A stretch of DNA of 64,000 bases from an uncultured Patescibacteria group bacterium (GTDB lineage: Bacteria > Patescibacteriota > Patescibacteriia > Veblenbacterales > UBA10138): positions 44 to 64,043 of the forward strand of contig CALFUV010000012.1 in assembly GCA_937929825.1 (NCBI GenBank), in the 5' to 3' direction. Below the pieces are notes generated by a model. It worked only from the letters and a program-made list of their open reading frames with translations. It did no database searches and was not told where the DNA came from. Positions 29,843 to 38,145 of the stretch are shown here, one piece after another. Position 1 is the stretch's first letter; every line of letters starts with the position of its first letter. The position numbers and the translations under genes are program-made.

Positions 29843-30165
29843 TACTTAATTTCCTTTTTAAGCCAAGTAGCAAAAGCTGATTCAACTTCCAGATTAATCA
29901 TACCTATAAAAGGCAATTTATCGGTATGATATTTTTTTATTAGTGTACTAATTTGTCGACGGCGGGCCGGAATTGTTTCTAAAATCAATAACACACCCCC
30001 TCCTTTAATCAACCTACCGGCAAGTGGCGGCCAATAATACATTGTTTCTTGTCTCTTAAAAATACTAAAGCAAGCCGCTAGTCTGTTCCTCAAACAAAGT
30101 CTACCCAAACGCTTGGCTTCAGATAAAGTATTGCAATTGATCATTATCCAGCAAATTTTAACCAT
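29842..30165 (-). CDS. cutA: Divalent-cation tolerance protein CutA
   Basis: 'RLAACFSI...YYW' and 'HTDKLPFIGMINLE' follow the CutA1 pattern LAAC...Y.W...HPYE.PE. Confidence 0.6.
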   Translation of the reverse strand: MVKICWIMINCNTLSEAKRLGRLCLRNRLAACFSIFKRQETMYYWPPLAGRLIKGGGVLLILETIPARRRQISTLIKKYHTDKLPFIGMINLEVESAFATWLKKEIK

Positions 30166-30212
30166 AATTAACTTTGTTTACAAAATTACTCTCTAATCTC
30201 TAAATACTCATT

Positions 30213-30234
30213 GTATTATTCTATAGAATAATAC
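30213..30234. promoter_or_regulatory. Perfect 22-bp palindrome GTATTATTCTATAGAATAATAC (candidate ArsR operator upstream of cutA)
   Basis: Self-complementary over its full length. Shares its core with the second palindrome at 30534..30565. Confidence 0.5.
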
Positions 30235-30240
30235 AATTAA

Positions 30241-30507
30241 CTAAATAAAAGGCAAAATACGCTCCATTAAACGCGGTGGCTTATCAGCCAAGCGATAAAA
30301 AACCATTAAGCCAATCTTTTCACTGCTCACTAAATCAGCTGTTTGCAAACGAGTCAAGTGATTAGAAACCGCTTTAAAAGAAATTTTCATTTCCGCAGCT
30401 ATTTGGCCAACATTGGCTTGTTTATTTCTTTTTAAAAACCGAACTATAGCTAATCGTCGACGATTAGCCAACGCTTTAAGAATGTGTTCAGTCTCACTCA
30501 TACCCAA
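30241..30507 (-). CDS. arsR: ArsR/SmtB-family transcriptional regulator
   Basis: 88 aa. wHTH 'LANRRRLAIVRFL...VGQIAAEMKISFKAVSNHLTRLQTADLV'. Confidence 0.75.
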   Translation of the reverse strand: MGMSETEHILKALANRRRLAIVRFLKRNKQANVGQIAAEMKISFKAVSNHLTRLQTADLVSSEKIGLMVFYRLADKPPRLMERILPFI

Positions 30508-30533
30508 TTAATTATATCACACTCCACTTTCAT

Positions 30534-30565
30534 TATAGAAGTATTCTATAGAATACTTCTATAAA
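30534..30565. promoter_or_regulatory. Perfect 32-bp palindrome TTATAGAAGTATTCTATAGAATACTTCTATAA in the arsR promoter region
   Basis: Self-complementary. Lies between the metK stop and the arsR start codon. Shares the TATTCTATAGAATA core with 30213..30234. Confidence 0.55.
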
Positions 30566-30587
30566 GGTCTTATGAAAATACTAATTA

Positions 30588-31640
30588 TTATAACTTAATA
30601 ATTTTTTCCCAAGGCAAGTCAGGTTTACCAAAATGTCCATAAGCAGCTGTAGCCTGATAAATCGGTTGTCGCAAATTAAGCCTTTCAATAATTGCCAAGG
30701 GTCTAAAATCAAAATACTTTTTAACTAACTCTGTTAAACTATGATTAGCTTCATCGTATGCTTCAATCATCAATGGTGTGCCCAGACCAATAGCATAAGC
30801 TACGGAAACTAAACATTCTTGAGCAAACCCGGCAGCTACTAAATTTTTAGCCACAAACCGGCACATATAAGCGGCTGATCTGTCTACTTTGGTTGGATCT
30901 TTGCCGGAAAAACAACCACCACCATGAGGCACCAATCCCCCATATGTATCCACCATAATTTTACGGCCAGTAAGACCAGTATCAGCCTCAAAACCTCCCT
31001 GAATAAAAAGTCCGGTGGGGTTGACTAATATCTGAATATCAGCTAATTCACCAACTATTGGTTTAATCAATTCATCAGACAAAGTTTTTCTGATTATTTC
31101 CTGTGTAACAGAACGGTCATGTTGGGCGCTGATCAAGATCGTTAAAATATTGCCATTATCAACCGTAACCTGAGTCTTACCATCTGGTTTAAGCCAATCA
31201 ACTCTATGTTCACGGCGCAATTTTTCCAAACCGCTGGCTAAAGCATGTGCTAAGACTACTCCTTTGGGTAGAAACTCAGGTGTTTCCTTAGTGGCATAAC
31301 CATACATAATACCTTGATCGCTAGCGCCACCGGTATTTACTCCTATAGCAATATCAGGCGACTGCTGGGTGACTCGAGTAATAATTTCCAGTTTTTCCTG
31401 ATAACCAATTTGAGCATAAACTTGATTGACTATATTAGCAAAATCAACTTTAACTTGACCAGTAATCTCACCCCCCACCACTACCAAACCATGACTACCC
31501 AACACCTCAACCGCCACCCTTGAATAAGGATCTTGGCGCAAACACTCGTCAAGAATGGCATCAGATATTTGATCACAGACTTTGTCCGGATGTCCGGCCG
31601 TAACACTTTCTACTGTGTATCTTTGATGTTCAAAACACAT
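30588..31640 (-). CDS. metK: S-adenosylmethionine synthetase
   Basis: 'ESVTAGHPDKVCDQISDAILD' MetK N-terminal signature. 'GGGCFSGKDPTKVDRSAAY'. Confidence 0.85.
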   Translation of the reverse strand: MCFEHQRYTVESVTAGHPDKVCDQISDAILDECLRQDPYSRVAVEVLGSHGLVVVGGEITGQVKVDFANIVNQVYAQIGYQEKLEIITRVTQQSPDIAIGVNTGGASDQGIMYGYATKETPEFLPKGVVLAHALASGLEKLRREHRVDWLKPDGKTQVTVDNGNILTILISAQHDRSVTQEIIRKTLSDELIKPIVGELADIQILVNPTGLFIQGGFEADTGLTGRKIMVDTYGGLVPHGGGCFSGKDPTKVDRSAAYMCRFVAKNLVAAGFAQECLVSVAYAIGLGTPLMIEAYDEANHSLTELVKKYFDFRPLAIIERLNLRQPIYQATAAYGHFGKPDLPWEKIIKL

Positions 31641-31810
31641 AATAAAAATCTCCCGGCCGCCCCAACAACCAAGGAGAAGATAAATTATCTTTCTCCGCGC
31701 TATCTCAAGGCGGAGCTAGAATTAGCACCTTGTCTCTCTCTATAATAGAAACAGGTTGCTGAGGCACTCAATAACGGGCTAGATCCCTGACGCCTACTCT
31801 GGATAAATTT
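31641..31810 (-). ncRNA. SAM-I (S-box) riboswitch with apparent translational expression platform in the metK leader
   Basis: Minus-strand RNA: UUUAUCCAGAGUAGG..CAGGGAUCUAGCCCG..GCCUCAGCAACC..GGUGCUAAUUCUAGC..CUCCGC/GCGGAG..GAAAGAUAA matches the SAM-I core (P1 UUAUC/GAUAA, GCAACC, GUGCUAAUUC). Downstream UCUUCUCC can pair either with GGAGAAAGA or with the SD GGGAGA. Confidence 0.7.
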
Positions 31811-31858
31811 AATTTTTAATATTTATACTATAACTTAAATTTAAAATGTTGCCAAATC

Positions 31859-32599
31859 TTACTCTAAAAAAGTAAAAGCGGCCATCATACCAATACCTAA
31901 AATAAGAAAAATAAGTTGCATCATTGATTTACGCCAGTACAATTCTTGGTGTAGTTTGGGTATAAGATCAACTGTAGCTATATAAATAAATCCACCGGCC
32001 GTAAAAGCCAGCAAGATTGGTAAAACGCTTTCAGTTATCTGCCCAAACCACAAAGCTATAAACACGCCCACAAAAGCAACTAAAGCCGAGATAAAATTTA
32101 AAAGCAATGCTTTTACTTGGCTAAAACCACTATATATAAGAATAGAAAAATCTCCTATCTCCTGAGGTATTTCATGCAAAGCAACAGCTAGGGTGGTAAC
32201 CAAACCTAAATTAAAATCCACTAAATATGCGGCACCAATAATCATGCCGTCAATCAAATTATGAAAGCCATCACCTATCAAGTTAAGCATACCAACCGGA
32301 TGTCTATCTTCTTCGCCTATATGATGATAATGATGCCAGTGTAAAATATTCTCCAGCAAATAAAATAAAACGATAGCTCCCAATAAGGAAAGACTAATAT
32401 TAAAACCAAAACCAGCTTCTAATACCAGTTCCGGTAAAATATGAAAAAAGGCCCCACCTAATAAAGTACCGGCAGCAAAACTTATAAGTATAAACATCAC
32501 CTGGCGCAGGGTGTGCATAGAAAGTAAAACACCCAACAAACCAATAAAAGACAACAAGCTCACTATAAACACACTAGTTAGGGCTGGTACCCATGGCAT
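31859..32599 (-). CDS. zupT: ZIP-family zinc transporter (ZupT-like)
   Basis: 'HEIPQEIGDFSILIYSG' ZIP signature, His-rich loop 'HWHHYHHIGEEDRH', 8 TM helices. Confidence 0.8.
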   Translation of the reverse strand: MPWVPALTSVFIVSLLSFIGLLGVLLSMHTLRQVMFILISFAAGTLLGGAFFHILPELVLEAGFGFNISLSLLGAIVLFYLLENILHWHHYHHIGEEDRHPVGMLNLIGDGFHNLIDGMIIGAAYLVDFNLGLVTTLAVALHEIPQEIGDFSILIYSGFSQVKALLLNFISALVAFVGVFIALWFGQITESVLPILLAFTAGGFIYIATVDLIPKLHQELYWRKSMMQLIFLILGIGMMAAFTFLE

Positions 32600-32620
32600 A
32601 AATATCCAAAATTAATAATA

Positions 32621-32637
32621 ATGCAAATAATTTGCAT
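32621..32637. promoter_or_regulatory. 17-bp perfect palindrome ATGCAAATAATTTGCAT upstream of zupT (Zur/Fur-like box candidate)
   Basis: 7-1-7 inverted repeat, 22 nt upstream of the zupT start codon. Confidence 0.45.
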
Positions 32638-32901
32638 GAGCTTTAAGAATAAATAAAGGAGTGTTATTTGTCAAACCAATTTAATAAATTTGTAAATACT
32701 CAATAAATATTCAAAATAAAAAGCAAAGAAAATATTTACTATTACTATTATATATCACAATTCTTACTTAAATTGGCAAAACATCACAGCCATGACAACC
32801 AAGAAACTAAATTTTTCCCTATTTCCTGACAAATTTGCTTAAAGAGATTGCTACAATACCAAATAACCCAACCTTAGAATAGCTGTACTTTAACGGTAAA
32901 A

Positions 32902-34029
32902 TTATATTCCTTTGTTTGCGTACTGCTGTCGTAATTGTGTAAAAGTATCATTAATAATAGCTTGACGAATATTTTTCATTAAATCAAGATAAAACTTCAA
33001 ATTATGTAAACTAAACAAACGAATAGCTAAAGGCTCCTGATTAACATATAAGTGGCGTAAATAAGCTTTGGTAAAATTCTGGCACATATAACAATCACAA
33101 TTTTCATCTATTCGGGAAAAATCTTGTTTATATTTTTCCAAACGAATATCAATTGGTGCCCCGTTTTGAACGTATAAACGCCCGTGTCTAGCTTCTCGTG
33201 TGGGAATAACACAATCAAAAGTATCACAGCCGCGGGCTACTGCTTCTATAATATCTTTAGGTGTACCCACACCCAATAAATGTCTAGGTGAATTTTCTGG
33301 TAAATGTGGTATAGCCATATCAACCGCTTTGAGTATTTCAGCTTGTAATTCACCTACAGCCACACCACCAATGGCAAATCCCTCAAAACCAAGACTAATC
33401 ATATCTTTGGACGACTGTTCGCGTAAATCAGTAAAATCAGCTCCTTGAACTATACCCCATAATTTTTGTTCAGGATTAACACTATTGGCAATTATTTTTT
33501 TATGTTCACTAACAGCTCGTTCGGCCCAGCGGCGTGTTAATTCCACAGAAATTTTACTTTTCTCATATTCAAAAGGGTATCCTGGGAAACTATCCAATAT
33601 TAAAGCAATATCACTGCCTAAATTAGCTTGAATAGTAATCGATTTTTCTGGACTTAACATTTCCTTGCGACCATCCATATCGAATTGAAAAATCACGCCT
33701 TCTTCTGTGACTTTGCTTATTTTAGCTAAAGAAAAAACCTGAAAACCGCCGCTATCTGTAAAAAGCGGGCCATTCCAGCCCATAAATTTATGCAAACCGC
33801 CAACGCGGGTAATAATTTCGTCGCCCGGACGCTGCCATAAATGATAAGTATTAGCTAAAATAATTTCCGCACCATTATTTTTTAAGTCTTCTGGTGTAAG
33901 GCTCCTAACCGCACCCTTGGTGCCAATAGGCAAAAATGCCGGCGTATTCACCACGCCATGAGTAGTATTTATTTTCCCTACCCGCGCTTGCGAACTGAAA
34001 TCTTTTTTAATTATTTCAAAATATTTCAT
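32902..34029 (-). CDS. tgt: Queuine tRNA-ribosyltransferase
   Basis: 'TPAFLPIGTKGAV', 'FTDSGGFQ', Zn site 'CDCYMC...H'. Confidence 0.9.
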   Translation of the reverse strand: MKYFEIIKKDFSSQARVGKINTTHGVVNTPAFLPIGTKGAVRSLTPEDLKNNGAEIILANTYHLWQRPGDEIITRVGGLHKFMGWNGPLFTDSGGFQVFSLAKISKVTEEGVIFQFDMDGRKEMLSPEKSITIQANLGSDIALILDSFPGYPFEYEKSKISVELTRRWAERAVSEHKKIIANSVNPEQKLWGIVQGADFTDLREQSSKDMISLGFEGFAIGGVAVGELQAEILKAVDMAIPHLPENSPRHLLGVGTPKDIIEAVARGCDTFDCVIPTREARHGRLYVQNGAPIDIRLEKYKQDFSRIDENCDCYMCQNFTKAYLRHLYVNQEPLAIRLFSLHNLKFYLDLMKNIRQAIINDTFTQLRQQYANKGI

Positions 34030-34928
34030 TAAAAGTCCTCTTTGTCAGCATTACCATGATCAGCTTCAGTATGTTCATACACTGTAACACTCAAACTCTT
34101 AGCTTTTTCTCTATCCTCAGCACTTAAGAATATCAATTTACCACCGTCATCTAACAACTCTTTAAAATCTTCTTTTATATTATCAATATATTCTTTATGG
34201 GTAATCCAAGCTTCTTTGTTGCTAAACGCCTGTTCTGGCCAATCAACATTATAATGCAACATAGCCTCATACGCCTTCTTTAGCTCTTCTTTGGTTATTG
34301 ATGCCTGACCAAAACTATCCACCATTAAGTGTTCTGGCACTTTACCGGCATTCTCAGTTAATTCACCAGTATCCTCTTCATAATCAAGGCCTGGCTGAAT
34401 ATATTTTAATTCTGAATATTCCTTTTTATCTCCTATTTGTGAATACAATCTTCGCCAACCAACGCTATTCCAAAACTTCTCGGAGGTATAAGCACATTCA
34501 CCAATGGCAAATTTCAATTTTTTACCCTGCGACTCAGCGTCCTTGGCCGCATCTAACAAAGCTGAAATATAAGCCTCTCTAGCTATACCCTTTTGGCGAA
34601 ATTTTGGATCAGTTACTGCATAACCTACAAAATATGTCATTTCGCCAGTAAGTTGACCCTCCTCATCCAACAGATCCAATACTGAGCCAGCGCGGACGGT
34701 AACTAATTCTCCTTTTTCATTTCGGATAGTGATTATCCTATATTTAGAATCTGGCGTATCCCAAGGAGTAATTCCGTCCACAGCAGACCTTAAAATTTCC
34801 TCTGGATCTACCTCTTCTTTACCAGTAGACTGCTTTTCTTGAATACAGGCATCGCAGGTTCCAGATATATTTCCATGAGGATATGTTTCAATTAATTCAG
34901 TGCTGAGTGGTATTTTTTCAAATGACAT
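34029..34928 (-). CDS. Hypothetical acidic protein with GNAT-like motif
   Basis: 'FRQKGIAREAYISALLDAAKD' resembles GNAT motif A. N-terminal 'CDAC'. Low-GC region. Confidence 0.35.
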   Translation of the reverse strand: MSFEKIPLSTELIETYPHGNISGTCDACIQEKQSTGKEEVDPEEILRSAVDGITPWDTPDSKYRIITIRNEKGELVTVRAGSVLDLLDEEGQLTGEMTYFVGYAVTDPKFRQKGIAREAYISALLDAAKDAESQGKKLKFAIGECAYTSEKFWNSVGWRRLYSQIGDKKEYSELKYIQPGLDYEEDTGELTENAGKVPEHLMVDSFGQASITKEELKKAYEAMLHYNVDWPEQAFSNKEAWITHKEYIDNIKEDFKELLDDGGKLIFLSAEDREKAKSLSVTVYEHTEADHGNADKEDF

Positions 34929-34946
34929 ATAATTATATATTATCTT

Positions 34947-35657
34947 TTAAATTTTTAGTGAACAATAATAAGTGTGTATCATCATCTTTGGAAAAACCTT
35001 AGGAATACCATTATCTGCCTGTATAAAACCTTGTTTACTTAACTCTATTTCTTCTGTATCACTATTAATTATAACAATATCTCGTTCTTCTTCTTTTGAT
35101 TTTCTACAAACTGTATCTATGAATTTATTTTTATATATTGTCTCGTTATTTTTAGCTCCATACCAAAAGACATTAGTACTATTTTCATAAATGGAATCAG
35201 TATATATAGCAAAGCTCTCTGGTTTGTCTGCTTCATCTCGCAATAATACAGAATTGGCCGTTAAAATGCCTAACTTGTCTTTATTATCTAAATATAAATC
35301 CAAACAAACGGAGAATTCCTCAAACTTATCTGGGGTATAAATAAATTTTGCAAGCTCCAGTAATTCTTCTTTGTCCTTCTTATTTATTTCTTCGCTTAAC
35401 AAATTAATTTTTTGTTCCTTATCATAATTGACATCTGATAAATCTCGATAATAAGCATAAAGATCACGGCCCGGACCATAATGATCTTTCACGTGGCAAC
35501 CTTCTTTATAACCTGATTTTTTATATAAAGCTCTAGCTATCATTGAATTTTTGCAACCATCTATCTCTATCTCCATATGGCTGACGCCTCTGCTCCTAGC
35601 GAAATTTTCTGTCCAATCAAGTAAATACTTACCAAGCCCCTCATTGGTATCTTTTTG
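34947..35657 (-). CDS. Hypothetical protein whose 5' end retains the C-terminal strand of a GNAT acetyltransferase (5'-truncated remnant plus unknown domain)
   Basis: The in-frame region upstream of the ATG at 35576 reads ...EGLGKYLLDWTENFARSRGVSHMEIEIDGCKNSMIARALYKKSGYKE (GNAT motif A/B). It is closed by a stop at 35658 with no alternative start. The ORF track calls 34947..35576. Confidence 0.4.
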   Translation of the reverse strand, partial: QKDTNEGLGKYLLDWTENFARSRGVSHMEIEIDGCKNSMIARALYKKSGYKEGCHVKDHYGPGRDLYAYYRDLSDVNYDKEQKINLLSEEINKKDKEELLELAKFIYTPDKFEEFSVCLDLYLDNKDKLGILTANSVLLRDEADKPESFAIYTDSIYENSTNVFWYGAKNNETIYKNKFIDTVCRKSKEEERDIVIINSDTEEIELSKQGFIQADNGIPKVFPKMMIHTYYCSLKI

Positions 35658-35696
35658 CTAACCAAATACTAACATAAATTAACTACCTGTAAAGTA

Positions 35697-36200
35697 CTAT
35701 ATCTTCCTACTGTCATATGCCCAGTGTAGTAGGGCCTGACGCTGACGCCGACGACAATTTAAATCACGCGGGTAACAATTCTTTTTAATCTGCATAATAT
35801 GCCGCTTCATAGCCAACCAACGTTTAATCTGCCGCTCATCATCTTCCGTACGCCTGCCCATATAATAACGACAATACCATTGAAACCAACCACGCGGATC
35901 TTGTGGATGAATCCAATCATTCTTACGCCACACTGATAAAGGCTGAGAAGCGCTAACGCCAAAATAATTTAATTTAGGATTAGCTTTATGCGGTGAAAGT
36001 TTGGCACGTTTAAACCAATCAGCTGGAAATTCTCTTTTACAATCTGTCATATATTTACCTCCAAACACGCCTAAAGCCAACATTTGTTTAGGAGTAAGTT
36101 CTGGTTTAAAACGTTTGTCAAATTTTTTACCCATCGGCGCTTCTAAATAATACCGATATTTTTTCTGCATTTTGTCATTAACTACTACCAATTTTTTCAT
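35697..36200 (-). CDS. Hypothetical basic, Trp/Arg-rich protein
   Basis: 167-aa ORF with a conserved-looking 'DPRGWFQWYCRYYMGRR' block. No family recognised. Confidence 0.4.
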   Translation of the reverse strand: MKKLVVVNDKMQKKYRYYLEAPMGKKFDKRFKPELTPKQMLALGVFGGKYMTDCKREFPADWFKRAKLSPHKANPKLNYFGVSASQPLSVWRKNDWIHPQDPRGWFQWYCRYYMGRRTEDDERQIKRWLAMKRHIMQIKKNCYPRDLNCRRRQRQALLHWAYDSRKI

Positions 36201-36203
36201 ATT

Positions 36204-36599
36204 TTAGCGATTTAAATAAGTAATAGTAATTTGTAAAACAACAGCAAAACAAACCCACAATAAATAAGGTATATTAATCCAAAAAACCCATTTTAAATAA
36301 GGATAAATAACCACTAGAGCCCAAACTAGAGTTGCTAAAACAAAAATAATATCAACGGCGGCTAATAAATTATTTTTTAAACCAAACTGCAGTGGGGTAA
36401 AAGAAAAATTAAAAATCAAATTCAAAATAAAAGGCCAAGCTACTGCCGACGGTAACTTCTTGGCAACAACTTGATAAAATACTGAGCAAAAAGAGATGGC
36501 AATCACTATATACAACCCCGTCCATACCGGACCAAATAACCAACTGGGAGGAGCCCATGATGGTTTAGTTAAGGCTTGATACCAATTATAACTTTCCAT
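36204..36599 (-). CDS. tspO: TspO/MBR-family (tryptophan-rich sensory protein) homolog, short form
   Basis: 'WYQALTKPSWAPPSWLFGPVWTGLYIVIAISF' matches the TspO N-terminal consensus. 4-5 TM helices. Confidence 0.65.
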   Translation of the reverse strand: MESYNWYQALTKPSWAPPSWLFGPVWTGLYIVIAISFCSVFYQVVAKKLPSAVAWPFILNLIFNFSFTPLQFGLKNNLLAAVDIIFVLATLVWALVVIYPYLKWVFWINIPYLLWVCFAVVLQITITYLNR

Positions 36600-36614
36600 T
36601 TATTATTTTGTGTA

Positions 36615-37064
36615 TTAAAAAGTTATTTTTCCCCATCTATATTGACGCCATTTAAATAAAACTTTCATACCCAGCCAGATAACCGGTGTTAATAAACCGG
36701 CGGTTAGATTAAGCTCTTCTTTATAATTTGTAACTATTTCAGAAACTTTGGTTAATTCCACTTTATGATTCCACCATTTAACTGCCCATCCCGGCCCTGA
36801 ATCATACAAAGCAAATATATTCTGTGCCGGGTCTTGTTGGGTGGTAATTTTAAGCTCTTGCCAGCCCATTGGCAAAAATCCCAGCAAATACATATTAATT
36901 TTATAAATCTTCCCTTCTTCCCACTTTGCCGGCCAAATAACCGGCTTAACCGGTTTAAAAACAACCAAAGGCCAAGCCACCCGCTGCATTATAGCCGGGT
37001 TTTTTAAAGCTTCAAAAACTTTTTCTATTGGTACATTAAAATTAATTGAGGTGGTAAATTTCAT
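36615..37064 (-). CDS. Hypothetical protein (possible SRPBCC/Bet v1-like fold)
   Basis: 149-aa ORF. 'VPIEKVFEALKNPAIMQRVAWPLVVF' start is reminiscent of SRPBCC. Confidence 0.3.
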   Translation of the reverse strand: MKFTTSINFNVPIEKVFEALKNPAIMQRVAWPLVVFKPVKPVIWPAKWEEGKIYKINMYLLGFLPMGWQELKITTQQDPAQNIFALYDSGPGWAVKWWNHKVELTKVSEIVTNYKEELNLTAGLLTPVIWLGMKVLFKWRQYRWGKITF

Positions 37065-37512
37065 AATTAATAATTAATAGATTTAATTAACTTTAACAAC
37101 ACAATTCCTCCTTACCTTAACAAATTTTTACTGATTTTCCAAGTTCATATAAACCTCCAATATTTCTAATATTAATAAAACATTTTGTTAATAAAAATAA
37201 CTCTAGCTTTTTCAGCACTCCAACCAGTACAACAATAAAGAAGTAGTTCAGCATCTTTAGAAAAATAAGAATCAGGTGGTATTTCTTGTTCTTGGTCTTT
37301 AATGGTGCAAAAAGATGCTATGTCTACCATTAACCATCGGCACCGCTTTGAATGTGCTCAAATCTTTTACGTATTACCTAACCAATTCAACTATTTTCCT
37401 AATATTAAATTCTCTGAATTATCCTTTAATTACTACATTTCCTGTTCAGCGTCTGATCCGTTATTAGAAATTTGTTCAAATTTATTCATAATATTATTAA
37501 TAATTATCTCTT

Positions 37513-37840
37513 AACTCTTCATCTGGAAACCCAAAATACCATATTACCAAATCTATAATGTGATAACCCATATCTATCAGGTAGCCACCACCAGCTAATT
37601 TCTTTTGTCCTCTCCATCCACCATCAGAATCAGGGGTATAAAAAGTATATCTGTCTTCAAAAAAGATACTCTGCCTATTTTATTAAGGAGTTGTAATACT
37701 GTATTAAAAATAGGATTAAAACGTCTCTGCACTGTTGTTAAAATGTGTACACCATTTTCGTCAGCCATTCTGACAATTTTCTTAGACGACTCTAAATTAA
37801 TAGTAATATTTTTTAATGCCTTGGCGTAATCCTGCTAAAA
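37513..37840 (-). pseudogene. Decayed Gfo/Idh/MocA-family oxidoreductase fragments, frameshifted and lacking the N-terminal Rossmann domain
   Basis: Minus-strand frames read 'ADENGVHILTTVQRRFNPIFNTVLQLLNKIG' and, in another frame, 'KLAGGGYLIDMGYHIIDLVIWYFGFPDEE', the diagnostic GGGxLxDxGxHxxD motif. A rhodanese-like fragment 'LLLYCCTGW' lies nearby at about 37150..37320. Confidence 0.5.
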
Positions 37841-37897
37841 ATTAACTAAATGGTCAATATAAATTGGCACAGGCAACGGACGATGTTAGAACCAAAA

Positions 37898-37969
37898 CTC
37901 TGGGGGGAGGATTCGAACCTCCAACATCTGCATTAACAGTGCAGCGTTCTACCATTGAACTACCCCAGA
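37898..37969 (-). tRNA. tRNA-Asn (anticodon GTT), CCA not encoded
   Basis: RC: TCTGGGGTAGTTCAATGGTAGAAC...loop CTGTTAA...GGTTCGAATCC...CCCCAGAG. Confidence 0.75.
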
Positions 37970-37980
37970 GTCCTGCTGAC

Positions 37981-38015
37981 CAGCGTAACTGCTGATCAAA
38001 AAACCGGTTCTTTTT
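37981..38015 (-). terminator. Rho-independent terminator (AACCGGTTC-TTTTTAG-GAACCGGTT + U-tract)
   Basis: 9-bp perfect stem. The minus-strand RNA continues UUUUGAUC. Confidence 0.55.
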
Positions 38016-38145
38016 AGGAACCGGTTAGCAGTGATAAATAACAGAAAATACACCAGTTCCTAGTGGTTCCGGTTATTATTATTAATTTTAACTATATAAT
38101 TAATAATCATACCTAATATTAATTTAGGCTAAATTTATTTTTAAG

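Noticed and set aside
36752-36964. 70-aa ORF in an alternative frame inside 36615..37064
   Set aside because: Same-strand out-of-frame overlap with the longer, more protein-like ORF.
37302-37829. Two plus-strand ORFs (37302..37514 and 37605..37829)
   Set aside because: They are antisense to the Gfo/Idh/MocA and rhodanese pseudogene fragments recognised on the minus strand, with no motifs of their own.
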